DNA of 63,217 nt, filler included, from Octopus bimaculoides (Eukaryota): the NCBI RefSeq assembly GCF_001194135.2. It is 6 parts of 6 records of this genome, joined end to end, with 100 filler letters (N's around TTAATTAATTAA, not from the genome) between each part and the next. Parts side by side here need not be neighbours in the genome. Positions count along the whole stretch, not along the records: positions 1 to 29,234 come from NC_068986.1; 5 more parts are not named here. The stretch is one strand, 5' to 3'. Numbering within the stretch: position 1 is the stretch's first letter; every line of letters begins with the position of its first letter. Position numbers and translations under genes: made by a program. Under the pieces are notes generated by a model. That model ran no database searches. It was not told where the DNA came from and was given only the letters and a program-made list of their open reading frames with translations. Below are positions 12,573 through 24,999 of this stretch, piece by piece.

Positions 12573-15500
12573 CTGTTTGGAAGAAAGAACAACATTTAAT
12601 TTAACATTGGTCCAAGATCACAAAGTTTGAGAAGGTAGTGCGTGAGTGAAAAGTTTGCTTCTCAGCCACATGGTTCTGGGTTCAGTCCCACTGCATGTCT
12701 TGACATTGTGTAATAGTTGTTAATGATTGTCACTGTTATACAAGTAGTGTCATTTATTGCCAGTATTTTGAGAGAACAGTTCTGGCCATGGGAAAATTTT
12801 ACCTTACTTGAAAACAGGTGAGGGTTAGTGAAGAGGAAGAGCATCTAGTCAAAGTAAATCTGCTTCAATAAACTCCATCTGACCCATGAAAGCACAGAAA
12901 AGTCGTCATCACCATCACCAACATTTAACACCCGTTTTCCATGCTGGTATAGGTTGGACAGCTTGACAGGAATTGGCAAGGCCAGGGACCACACCAGGTT
13001 TCATTGTGTGTTTTGGCTTGGTTTCTATGCCTTTCCTAATGCCAACCACTCCAGAATGTACTGGGAGCTTTTTACGCAACACCAGCACCAATGCATTTTA
13101 CGTAGAACCACCAGCCACACCAATGCTTATTAAAACAACCAATTATTCCAACGGTATTCATTTTATAGATCCCAGAAAGACGAAAGGTAAAGTTGACCAA
13201 AGTTGGATTTCAATTAAGAACATCAAGAGCTATAACTCTGAAACTGAAACAAGATGTGTACGTGTAAATATATAGATTTTGTCAGACTAGTGAAACCAGA
13301 TGATATGTCAACAAAACCACACTACTAAACATATACTATGTACTATATTGGTATACCATATACAAATGTACAACACATACCACTGTACTAAGTAGGTACT
13401 TCTGACATTCCATACCATACAATGTACAAATATTATACAAACTTTTACCATGTAGAAGGATGGTAAGTAGAATAGCTGTGGGTCAGTGACATAAAAGTGG
13501 ATGGTAGCTGAAGTAGGTCATGTAATAGTAATATTAAGGTAGATTGAGGGTGAAAAGTTGGTAACTGTATCAAGAGTAAAGGTATAGAAAATGGAGAGTT
13601 CTCACAGCCAGTTTGTCATCACCCACAACATCCTCTGTTTTTATGGTATAATGAGAAGTGGAGAGTCATCATCAGCATCATTATTTAACGACCATTTTAC
13701 ATGCTGGCATGGGCTGGACCACTTGACAGAGGCTTTGAAGGCAGAAGACTGCACCAAGCTTCACTGTCTATTTTGGCAAGGTTTTTTTATGGTTGGATAC
13801 CTTTCCTAACTCCAACCACCTTACAATGAGGACAGTGTCCATTATTTATTTGCTGGCCCTCTGACAGATGGAAGGGAAGAAGGGAGTTATCCTCATATGA
13901 AACAAGTGTTTGCAACAGAGTTAATATTACTAAAGGTATCCAAAAACTAGTTGGTGGTGTTAAACTGGGTAATGGGTTAAGTTTACCACAGAAGATAGAG
14001 GAACTGATGCAAGTCGATGAGGTTAGTGTAGTCAAAGGTAGGTGACTGGTAGGAAAATGTTGGTGAGAAGAGAATTCCAGCAAAATATGAGGTTATTTAG
14101 GGCGGTGGGTAATAAAGTGGTTGGTAAAGTACAGAACAGAGGAAAGGTGAGAGTGAGAAAGGAAGAGATGGAAGGAGTGGGGAGGAGGAAGATGAAGAGA
14201 AAAAGAAAGATGAGAAAGAGGAAAATAATGAGGAGAAGGAAAAGAGGAACAGAAGGGGAGGTAACATGTATACAAGATGGGTTTAGGTTAGACATTCAAC
14301 AAGCCCCAAAAAACATATGCTGTTCTAGAAGTAGTGGAAAAAAGGGCAAGAGAACACAACCACCAGTATTGATATGTGGCTGCTTCAGAATGAGTATAAA
14401 ACCCCTTAAAAGTATCAGTACATCCATGTACAAAAATATGGAAATATTTCTTCAACCTCACGCATCTTTTATATATCAGCATTTAATTGTAATTTCAAGA
14501 TGTTAAGTGGATTAAAGCTAAACTTCTTGCTGGACTGGACACCAAGACTGAGAGAGATACCAAAGGACTAAGATATCTGGCGCTTTGCTGAGATGACAAA
14601 GGACCAAGATGTCTAGCTGTACCCAAGAAGACCTGTCCTCCATAGCAGAAGTGTTAATGCCACTTCCCCTAATGAAGAAGATTGGCCTGAAAGCTCTGTG
14701 CCGGTGTCATATAAAAAGCATCTGCGCTGGTGTCACATAAGTGCTCCGATGTTGATACTGCGTAAAAAAGCACCCAGCACACTTTAAGGGTATCCAGCCA
14801 TATTAACAAAGCCAAATCAGACTGGAACCTGGTGCAGCACTTCAGTCTGCCAGCTATGGCCAAACCATCCAACTCATGCCAGTGTAGTAGTCTATGTAGC
14901 TAAATAGCTGAATGATCTCCCTTGCAAGAATGTTTATAGAGTAAGCTCCCTTTACTAAGTTTCTCAAAGCATGTGTCATGAGATGTGATTCTTAATTATT
15001 CAAGAAGCTTAGTTTCTCTTGGAAGTTTCTAGAATGTATAGCGCTCCATTAATAAAAACAGCTTGCTAACCCTGCTCTTCGTTTCTTAGTTGATTAGACT
15101 TAGAGTCATTCACGTCATTGCTATGTCCATCTATTTCTCTACCCACTTAGTTGTTATTTCTACATTTTATATCTCTGAACTTTCTTGCATAGATAACTTC
15201 ATTCAACTAGATTCTACATTTTGATTATGTATCATCATCGACCAGTAAATAAAATTAGTAAATATATAGTTCTTGAATTTATTCATCTCTATATGAACTC
15301 CTGTAATAATATACACGCAGCCATATCAACACCTGGTACTGAATATATATTCCCACTACATCAGCATGGAGAATGGATGATGATGATAATGATCTCTAGA
15401 TTGATCAAGTACCTTTATACCCTCTGACAGATAGGACAACTTAAGAAATGAACAGTAACATATGCCTCACAAATACAACAAAATGTCTGCATTGGTTCAA

Positions 15501-15859
15501 ATTCACAACACAAGCATCCAAAAGCTTATCAAATCAGTAGGTGAGATAAAAAATTTTCTGTAAGATAATATTTCCTATGTATGGTCTCAACTGTATATGC
15601 ATGTGCACACACAAACAGTGATTACTGACTTGGCTAGTGGAACAGTACACTTTTTTGGTATATTTTGCACTTAGGAAAAGGTTAGCTTCTTAAGAAAACA
15701 GTGTTTGTAACACAGTATTGATTATATGAAGTATATGTGGCTTCCACGATTACAGAGAATGGTAGAATTGACTTTGGTAGGAAATTTAATGATATGATTC
15801 AGCAGACAGAAGTAATTTTGGTAAACATGTAAAATTTAAAACAAAACTCATCACTGAGA

Positions 15860-16115
15860 TAACAATGACTATTAAGATGGTGATCAAGATGATAATGATG
15901 AAAACGATGGTTACCGATGTTCATGATAACAATGAGGGTGACGATGATAATGATGACGGTGATGACAATGATAATGGTATTGATGATGACAATAGAGTGA
16001 TAAATATAATGATAGTGATAATAATGATGGTTTTGGAGGTAGTAATGAGGGTGATAACAATTATGATAATGATGAAGAAAACAATGACAATGAAGATAAC
16101 AATAAAGAACTAAAA
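15860..16115. repeat. (GAT/AAT)-rich low-complexity tract in an ORC4 intron
   Basis: Degenerate trinucleotide repeat immediately downstream of the exon 2 donor. Confidence 0.85.
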
Positions 16116-16140
16116 GTGATAATACAATGGTATGACTTAC

Positions 16141-16231
16141 CATAGTTTTACCAATACCACGGGTTCCAATTAAAAGAACTGAGTTACTTTCACCAAAGTT
16201 GATAGTCCGTTTCACTAAGTCAGCAATCTGT
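16141..16231 (-). CDS. ORC4: ORC4 coding exon 2 with Walker A (QIADLVKRTINFGESNSVLLIGTRGIGKTM)
   Basis: Acceptor ttcAG, donor GTAAGT, 91 nt. GESNSVLLIGxRGxGKT is the ORC4 AAA+ P-loop (human GESNSVLIIGPRGSGKTM). Confidence 0.95.
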
Positions 16232-17610
16232 CTGAACACATAAATATTAAACATCAGTTATTAGTCTCAAAGAAAATGTTAGTCGTAAAATACTTGGTTC
16301 AATATCACAACTGACCAACATCCCACTATGGATTCAAACAACAGATTATACATTTATGAAGATGTGTATCTACACAGCCACTCAAACTTACTAGAAATAG
16401 TAGCTACACAATTCTATTGTCCCAAAAAAAGATGAATATACTGGATACAAACTTAAGTGTGGGATATAGTTTGCCAGAAAAGAAAACACTACCATCACTT
16501 CTTTAAAGTGGAACAGCCTATGCTGAGATTATACACTACCTTCAAAGGGAAAGATAGAAAGAAAGGCAGACAGATTAACAATATGGTTCTAGACACACTA
16601 TGTCTGAAAAGAAAATGGGATACTTGATAAAGTTACAACACTATCCCTCCCTTTCTGACCAGATCCACATAAAAGACCCCTTTACTATTCAAAAAATATT
16701 TTCATGTCTACTCAATCCAACTACATAGAAACATACACACATAAATAGCTACAACATCAATATTATAATTAGCCTTAAACACTGTGCTGAGAACTAAAAT
16801 GCTCACCTGGTTGGACAACATACCCAAACAAATGTAACTCTTCCACACCAGACATCCCGATCGAGCAATGAGGCATGAAAGTCACATTGGTCTTATGCTA
16901 GCTGAAATATCTCATCTGTGCACGCCCCAACTGTAGAAGATAGTAGTAGTTCACCGATTCAACTAACTGTTGTCTGTTCATTCACTCAGCATCTAGTGAC
17001 ATTTGCCATTGACTCTTTAAGTTCATTTACTGAAATAGTGCACACCCACCATGCTGCATCCCATGATTTTAACAAACTCAAGCTCAGATGATTACATGCT
17101 ATTTAACCCATAGCTGGAACCCGGTCAGTTGCTACTATTCTAGGTCAGGGTAAACATGAGAACAATGGTGGCTAAGAGGTGGTTCCACATTCTTCAAAAA
17201 CCTGGCACTCCCAGATAGGGTTCCACTACCAAATACAGTTTAAAGTCATACCTAGAATAAGCATAAGTACAGACAAACAGTAACTGTGACTATGACCAAT
17301 TCCCTTGCTTGTGTCTTCTGTGTCCACTAACAAAAGCAACAGTATAGAGGAAAAAAAAACAGATACAGGAGAGAATATAAACCATTACAGAATTTTATAA
17401 ACTAATGCATGTTTGAGGAAATGGTCTGGACCTCAACTATATACAGACATAGTCTCTATATTTTATCAGACATACAGTCACAAAACAGTTAAATAAATGA
17501 AATAGTAATCCTTAATTAATCAAAGTTGATTAAAATACAGAAAGGATATTTCATTCAACATATGATCACAAAGGAGTTAAACAAGTGAAATTGCAAGCAG
17601 AAATATTTAC

Positions 17611-17726
17611 TGTTCTTCTTCTTTGAAACCAACTGGTGCCTCTGGAACCCAACACTGTCCAAGCCTTTCTCGTAATGCTGTTTGCACTTGGTCTGCCATT
17701 TCAATAGGATCCACAGATGGAGCCAT
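17611..17726 (-). CDS. ORC4: Origin recognition complex subunit 4, first coding exon (MAPSVDPIEMADQVQTALRERLGQCWVPEAPVGFKEEE+CA)
   Basis: ATG at 17726-17724; donor GTAAAT at 17610; 116 nt ending in phase 2, which matches the next exon. QVQTALRER resembles the ORC4 N-terminus (human QVQRILRER). Likely acceptor ttggtttcAG at 17754-17753, giving a 26-nt UTR portion. Confidence 0.85.
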
Positions 17727-17869
17727 AATATTCTCTAGCTGTTACTCGCAATCTGAAACCAAGAGCAATAACATTATATACTTATTATTCTCATCAAAAA
17801 TCAATCAACAAACATAAAACTGAGTTAGCCTCATAACTGCATAAAATTAAAGCCCTACCCAAATGTGTG

Positions 17870-18395
17870 TGTGTGTGCCAGTGGCATGTAAAAAGCACCC
17901 ATCACACTCTCGGAGTGGATGGCATTAGAAAGGGCATCCAGCTATAGAAACCTTGCCAAATCAGATTGGGGCCTGGTGCAGCTTCCCGGCTTAACAGTTC
18001 TCAGTCAAACCACCCAACCCATGCCAGCATGGAAAGCAGATGTTAAACAACAATAATGATGATGATGATGATATATATATATATATATATATATATATTA
18101 CTTGGTGACCCCATTGGAGTTGGTCTGTATAAAAAATACCCAGTGCACTCTGTAAGCAGGTTGGCATTAGGAAGGGCATCCAACCATAGAAATCATGCCA
18201 TAGCAGACAATGGAGTCCATGCAGCTCTCCAGCACCTGTCGGACAGTCCAACTCATGCCAGCATGGAAGACAGCCAGCCGTAGAAACCATGCAAAATCAG
18301 ATTGGAACCGGGTGTAGCTCTCCAGCTTACATGTTTCAATGAAACCATCTAACCCATGCCAGACACTAAATAATAATAATGATGATGATGATGAT
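17870..18395 (+). mobile_element. Three head-to-tail partial copies of the retroposon tail family
   Basis: AAGGGCATCCA...CCATGCCAGCATGGAA segments repeat at about 17930, 18175 and 18290, with (GAT)n tails. Confidence 0.7.
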
Positions 18396-19015
18396 GAATG
18401 TGTGCGTGTGTGTGTATGTGCATGCATGTGCATGTGCAAGTGAGTGCTTGTGCCTCCTTATTTTGACATTACATGATTGTAATGAGTGTCACAAGCAGGC
18501 ATTCATTTTTACTTTTCATGAAAATATATCTGGCCATCGTGAAATATTACAGGTGAGGATTTGCAAGAGGAAAGGCATCAGGCCATAGAAAATTTACCTC
18601 AACAAATTCCACCTTATCTAGGCAAGCATGGAAAAGTGCACATTTAAACTTCGATGGTCAAATACATACATATATATATATATATACTATTATTATTATT
18701 ATTATTGAGTGAGAGAGTAGTGCATGCCATCAAAGTGACACTGGGGTGCAAATATACGAAGCCCAGTATATCCATCATGACTACCCATCTGATAAGGGTA
18801 TACCACACACATATGTCACAACCATATGTGTGCAACATAGTGATCTCATATCAAGTTGAGTAGCCCATCCTGCTCAAAAGGTCCCTGAATATGAGTTGTT
18901 TAAGGATGTTGAACAAAATACCCATGTTTCCAAAGGTGTATTATCCAAACCCCAAAGAATTCCCCTCGACACATGGCTATGCTGCTCCCCAACTACTTCT
19001 GCTCATGATCAGAGA

Positions 19016-19572
19016 AACATCAAAATCAAAATTGAAAAGTCTTAAACAATTGTGCATGCGCAAGAGAAAATTATATTATTAAAATAAATTATCTGTAAAC
19101 ATACCTTTAAATTATTGCAGATAAATTTCCACTATGTGCTTTATAAATATATTTTAATTCTCCCAGGAATTGTCACATTTCATGCCATAATAATCCTTGT
19201 ACATCGACAAGCGACCGGCACATATATCTCCACTGGATCCATATATATACTTCAGTTCCCATTTAATTCATGCCCAGTATGATTCCACATTGTTTGTACA
19301 TACACTTGACACTGGATGTACAAAATAAGATAAGTGGTTCACTGTTCCATGGGTATATCCCAGTCTGGATAGACTTTTAAAGCTGGGCCACATATCTGTA
19401 AAAATAGTGGAACTTCTCTAACATTTTCAATAATGACCGCTTCTAGTGTCTCTGTTTTCAATCAGGAACAAGTTGCAGGTAACCCTTCTTTACCATGTTA
19501 TCATATATTTCACACATCTTAAACTTCTTCACCACTCTTCCAACTTCATTTTTCCTCTTAAAAAGAAGGCTT
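19016..19572 (-). mobile_element. Merlin (IS1595/ISXO2-like) transposase remnant, copy A
   Basis: Reverse complement translates to YLQLVPD...STIFTDMWPSFKSLSRLGYTHGTVNHLSYFVHPVSSVCTNNVESYW with frameshifts; homologous to copy B including the 3' non-coding end. Confidence 0.85.
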
Positions 19573-19749
19573 TTCATCATCATCATCATCGTTTAACATC
19601 CACTTTCCATGCTAGCATGGGTTGGACGATTTGACTGAGGACTGGTGAACCAGATGGCTACACCAGGCTCCAATCTGATTTGGCAGAGTTTCTACAGCTG
19701 GATGCCCTTCCTAACACCAACCACTCTGAGAGTTTTATCTATGGAAAAA

Positions 19750-20563
19750 ATGTCAATTGATGGTCTTATCACTTTTTCGCATAATCCTAGACTTCATGTG
19801 TGAAATGCCAATGACAAGCTACATATCCATGAACAATAGTAGCAGACAGACAGCAGTCCAGTAGTACGAATATTGCAGGGAAATATGTACCCAAAAATTA
19901 TCGAAAGACAAGAAATTAGGTGGCCTGAATCATATAGTCCATATAGACAAAAGCTTTCATATTAACAGGAAAACTGGAAGAGTGAAGAAGCTTTGGATAC
20001 TTGGAATACATGATAACATAGTAAAGAAGAGTTATCTGCAACTTGTTCCTGACTGAAAAGCAGAGACACTAGAAGTGGTCATTATTGGAAATATTGAAGC
20101 GGGTTCCACTATTTTTACGGATATGTGATCCAGCTTTAAAAATTTATCCAGACTAGGATATACTCATAGAACAGTGAACCACTTGTCTCATTTTGTAGAT
20201 CCTGTGTCTGGTGTATGTACAAACAATGTGGAATCATACTGGGCACAAATTAAACAGAAACTGAAGTACATACGTGGTTCTAGAGGAGATATGCACCGGT
20301 GGCATGTTGATGAGGCCATCTACATGGATCATTATGGCATGAAATGTGACAATGCCTGGAAGAGTTACATTTGTAGAATACATAGTGGGAATTTATCTAC
20401 AATAAGTTAAGGGTATGCTACGGATAATTCATTTAAATAACAATTTTCTGTTAGTAAATGATTCTCTCATGCGCGCATGTACGATTAAAACTTTTTCAAT
20501 TTTGATTTTGAAGTATTTAAAAAAATTATTAGGAAATTATAAAGAGAAACGACCGGCAGAACC
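19750..20563 (+). mobile_element. Merlin (IS1595/ISXO2-like) transposase pseudogene, copy B
   Basis: One frame: TAVQ*YEYCREIC...KLGGLNHIVHIDKSF...LVPD*KAETL...GSTIFTDM*SSF...GYTHRTVNHLSHFVDPVSGVCTNNVESYW...HVDEAIY. These are Merlin motifs, with three in-frame stops. Possible terminus ...gaccggcagaaCC at 20563. Confidence 0.88.
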
Positions 20564-20744
20564 AGACTGTCTGTATTTTAAAACCAAGAGTTAAAAAAAA
20601 AATAGAGAAAGTGGAAAGTTTGGGCATTGAGGGAGAGGGGAGGGTTAAAGATTTTTTTTTTTTGCATAATCGTATTAATTCCATTATACAGAAGACATAA
20701 TCGAATAAAATTTGTGAAAATTCGTAAAAATAAAAAATTACGTA

Positions 20745-20960
20745 GCACGTGCTTACATCATAACTCCGCCAAATTTTTTTATGTATGTAAATGTCATTCC
20801 AGTGGCAGACAACATTTATTTATACATCCATAAGTATGGAGATAGTCATCATTTCTAATGAAAACTTTGCGTGATAGAGATATCAATATTAAAACTTTCA
20901 GTACTGACATTAACATTGATTTGGTCGGGGCGTCTGCAAGAGAACCGTAGTCTCAATATT
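20745..20960 (-). promoter_or_regulatory. Candidate ORC4 promoter / non-coding first exon
   Basis: Minus-strand GAT|GTAAGC donor-like site at 20756; TTTGGCGG E2F-like site at 20773-20766; E-box GCACGTGC at 20745-20752; GGGGCG box near 20927. Positional inference only. Confidence 0.3.
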
Positions 20961-21695
20961 GCCGCCTGAGCTGCTAGAAACATCTGCCAAACTACCCTCA
21001 AAATACAACAGGCATTCCTACAGATGTATACTCCCACCGACTTTGTTTCCTCATAACATACGGAAAAATAGATATTTTTAAATGAAATTTTCTACAAATA
21101 TGCTTCAGATGGTGTAGATTCTCATTATATCGGAATTTATTGTGAAAAAATGTTTCCAAGGGTGAGGTGCGGAGTTTCTAAAAATTCACATGAGACAGCT
21201 TTCTTTCCTAGCTTTCAGAAAAATGGGTAATTCTTTATGAAATTTTCTAGAAATACTTTTCAGAGTGTGTAAATTACAATTATATCGGAATTTCATGTGA
21301 AAAGTAAAACAGTGAACACATACTGACACGCATCACAATTTTTTTCGAAATTTCAAGTTTCATTTTCTAGACATATGTGACGTGCATCAGTATGAACGTA
21401 TATCAGCCCGCGAAATGGGTTTTNNNNNNNNNNNNNNNNNNNNNNNNNNNNNNNNNNNNNNNNNNNNNNNNNNNNNNNNNNNNNNNNNNNNNNNNNNNNN
21501 NNNNNNNNNNNNNNNNNNNNNNNNNNNNNNNNNNNNNNNNNNNNNNNNNNNNNNNNNNNNNAAAAATTACCTATTTTTATGAAAGTTATGTGTAAAGAAA
21601 GCCGTCTCGAGTAAATTTACCCAAACTCCTCACCTCACCGTCGGAAACTTTTTTTTCACAATAAATTCCGATATAATGAGTATCTACATAATCTG

Positions 21696-21866
21696 GGTAC
21701 TACTAAAGCAGCGCGGACCCGAACGCGCAGTCACGCTAGCGAGTCTTGAGTGGTCGATCCTAACCCTAACCCGCGTGTGCAAATGAATGTGTTTAGGGTT
21801 AGGGTTAGGATCGACCACTCACGACTAGCTATCGCGGACGCGCGACTGCGCTGCTTTAGTAGTACC
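21696..21866. mobile_element. 171-bp MITE with telomeric repeats, 9-bp TSD
   Basis: Perfect TIR GGTACTACTAAAGCAGCGC; TSD CATAATCTG at 21687-21695 and 21867-21875; inner 25-bp inverted repeat containing CCCTAA/TTAGGG units. Confidence 0.92.
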
Positions 21867-21959
21867 CATAATCTGAAGCATATTTGTAGAAAATTTCATT
21901 AAAAAATATCCATTATTCTGGTAGTTATCAGGAAACAAAGTCGATGGGGTACACATCTG

Positions 21960-22069
21960 GGCGGAGGTAAATACGCACACTACCTGTTTTCGGAGTAACT
22001 GTAAACCTTAAAACATTAAACCTTACCCCTTACACTAAACACTGGCTGTGCGTATTTTTTGCCTTCGCC
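21960..22069. mobile_element. 110-bp MITE, GG...CC termini, 8-bp TSD
   Basis: Imperfect TIR GGCGGAGGTAAATACGCACA / TGTGCGTATTTTTTGCCTTCGCC; flanks CACATCTG and TACATCTG. The intact left host TIR shows the empty site TACATCTG. Confidence 0.8.
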
Positions 22070-24999
22070 TACATCTGTAGGAATGCCATACAACCTAAAG
22101 TATTGACAGAACAAGGACACACGGGATAACGTAAACCTCACTATACTGTCTCAAAATATGACGGCATAGTCACGGCTACAGCGTCTATCATAAGCCAGTT
22201 GGATTAAACAATGATACTTTATATTAGACATCAGCAGTCTACTATTATTACTGTTGCTACTATTAAACATCACGACGCTGCGCAACATGATGTGGCCCCA
22301 AAAATATCTGACTTACCAAGAATCACAGAATGGACAGGTTTCAGAAGAAAATAACTTTTACGATTCCCGCGTTAATCAACCGGAAGCAATACAAGGGAGA
22401 TAACTCTAAACATAATATTGTTATAAGTGACGTCTGTATTTTATCCAACTGATTCACTATGGAAGGGGTTAAACGTGACCCTTTTCTTATGGTTTTGTTT
22501 AATATATTTATTTCCATCGATATTATCCATAAAACTAACAGCATAGATCACTGAAAAATGTAGAATTGCTTTTGACTAGTTTTCAGCGTAGAAGTCTACA
22601 TTACTGGGACGTATTACATTAATTCATTGACCAAATATATTGTCCCTATGTTTAGGACATTCTGAAACTAGATTTTTTTTTTTTAGCTCTAATCGTTTCC
22701 TGACCCCAAATCAGTTCAACGATGGCACACATTCCAGAACTTCCTTTGGTTTTTATATAACTTTACTCGAGTATAAAGCTATACCACTTTTTGGCACCTA
22801 AAAATCATATATTCCATCTTAACTTTCATTATACTCGACTAGGACTGTCAAATTTCTTCCAACCTATTGAAGATTTTCAAATTTTCACCAGATTATTTAC
22901 AAATAATTTAGTTCCAAGTTGTTTGTAAGTGTACAAGATCCCTTGACTATAAAGTTATAATCTCCCTTTCTGTTTAATTCAGACATAGTGTGACAAGGCT
23001 GGACCGTTTGAAATACTGATACAATCCATCTCAAAAGTTTTCAGACAGTGTCTGTCAACCCATTTTCATATATAAGACTGATCAACCTGAAACTGTACTA
23101 AAAGACACTTGCCCAAGATGGCATATAATGGGATCAAACCTGAAGCCATGTGATTGGGAAGTTAATTCCTTGACCATTCAGCCATGCTATGTCCACATAC
23201 ATAAATAAATACGATGATCAGAAGAATAATGTAGGCAGTTATAACTGTTTTTGCAAAGTCCCCAGGATTTGTGGTCATAAAGAAAGAAATTATTCTTAGA
23301 CCATAAATCTGGTAAATGTTGGCAATACATTAACTTGGCAAAGGTTCACAAGACCATTAAGTCTACCACAGGTAACAGTTCTACTTACACATCCTAGACT
23401 GATAATATAGAACTAGTGGGATCTGTGAATATTTCACGGAATTAATAGTAAACCTGTTGGGTTATTTCTGAAAATCTTATCCAAAAAACCTAAAGGTTTA
23501 GCCTGTGTTGTGTGTTTGTATGGAAAGATAGTCACTCATCTGCCACTCATTGAAAAGTGAAAGAAACTGGAATACGATGATTACTTAGTGCACTTTATAT
23601 ATTTTATGCACAATTTTATAGACTTAATACACAGCACTCATAAGATAAATATTCACTCTTATTTTTTCCCATTTATTCCATAAACAAAAACAAAATATCC
23701 TGTACATAAAATACAACCTTTCGTTAAATTGCATGTATTTGCCACATAAATAAGCATGAATATTTAATGGAATTGCACTCATGCACATGCATTAAGTGAT
23801 ATAAAAAAACATAGTCCAATTTTTTAAAAGATACTTTTCACTATCCGACCACCACTGTCACCTCCATCATTTCTCTCTCCCCCTCCTCACACTCTCTGTG
23901 CCTTTCTTTAATCATACCATCACCCCTCTGCTAAAATTATATTTCAAACTCTCTTCTCTATATCACTACCTTCAAATAACTTTTTAACCACATAATGAAT
24001 ACTACATTCACCCTACCACACATCATGGATGCTCTTTTTCTCCCTCTTTGTCTTATCCTCTTTTTCTCTCTCCTCTCTTTCTCTTCAACTAATCACTTGA
24101 TAGCATTACAATTACATTCCCTCTACCTCACGTCATGGATGCCTCTCTCTCTCTTTTTCTCTTTCCCACTTCCCTTTCTCCCTCTTTACCTCTAATCACC
24201 TGAAAGCATTACCAATGGGCTAAGTAACATAATGACAAGCAGAATTATTATAAGATAGGATGACTGTTACACATATATGCAAATATATTTTGACTCAATT
24301 ACATTGTCCCTACTGTCAACCAAATTTTTTGAAAATGAAGCATTCTTATGTGTTGTGGTCACTATGTATGCGCTCCAGGATATTTAAGTAAAGCAGTTAC
24401 CTTGTCTTATGTTTGTAAACATGTGGTAAATTTAATCCCCCCATCCTGTTTAACATCACCACCTGCCCATATTTATCTTTTCGTAAACACGTGTATACAC
24501 TTGACTTCAATTATTAAATTTTTTTTAATGTTTGTAAATAAACTTTTCTCTATATATAGCAACATTCACCTTTTTTAGCAATCCTTTAACTTGTTGGCAC
24601 GTATGTGGTATTTGTTATAGCTAGGGATTCAAATCCCATCATATACTGGGAAAAATTATACCATGGAACCACAATTATGAAAGCTGCAATAATTGAAGTA
24701 CTGTGACTCTTCTGTAATTAAATGATGATGATGAAAATTAATCCCTTTGACTATGATTGTAAATCAAGGATAGTGATAACATTACTGTTGTTACATTTTA
24801 TTGGGACTAATACCATTAGATTCCATTTTTCAATACCAAATTACATTCCATATTCAGGAAATTTGCTGTTTTAGGCAAATTCTTGTTATTTTCACTTCTA
24901 TGCTACTTTTATCTCAAGTTTATGTAACGGGTGGCTTATAAACATGTAAGACACTCCATATCCTAAATCTGTGTAATTCCATGCTGAGAAACAGTAAAG

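Larger units (their letters stand above)
21011..22087. mobile_element. Long-TIR (about 190 bp) non-autonomous DNA element, GG...CC termini, 8-bp TSD
   Basis: Ends GGCATTCCTACAGATG / CATCTGTAGGAATGCC; flanks ATACAACA (21003-21010) and ATACAACC (22088-22095). The right TIR is interrupted by two MITEs. Confidence 0.85.

Noticed and set aside
14042-14506. 154-aa Arg/Lys-rich ORF
   Set aside because: Purine-rich low-complexity sequence antisense in an ORC4 intron, with no recognisable domain.
15799-16140. His/Ile-rich extension of the ORF containing the ORC4 Walker A
   Set aside because: It is intron read-through past the GTAAGT donor at 16140 into a trinucleotide tract.
16780-17010. Possible very old RTE fragments (also 27000-27500 and 47950-48190)
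   Set aside because: Only isolated motif-like words such as GEINACIG are visible; too degraded to support by eye.
20465-20480. Palindrome CATGCGCGCATG as an NRF1-like promoter motif
   Set aside because: It lies within the Merlin 3' region; the homologous motif is present in copy A near 19055.
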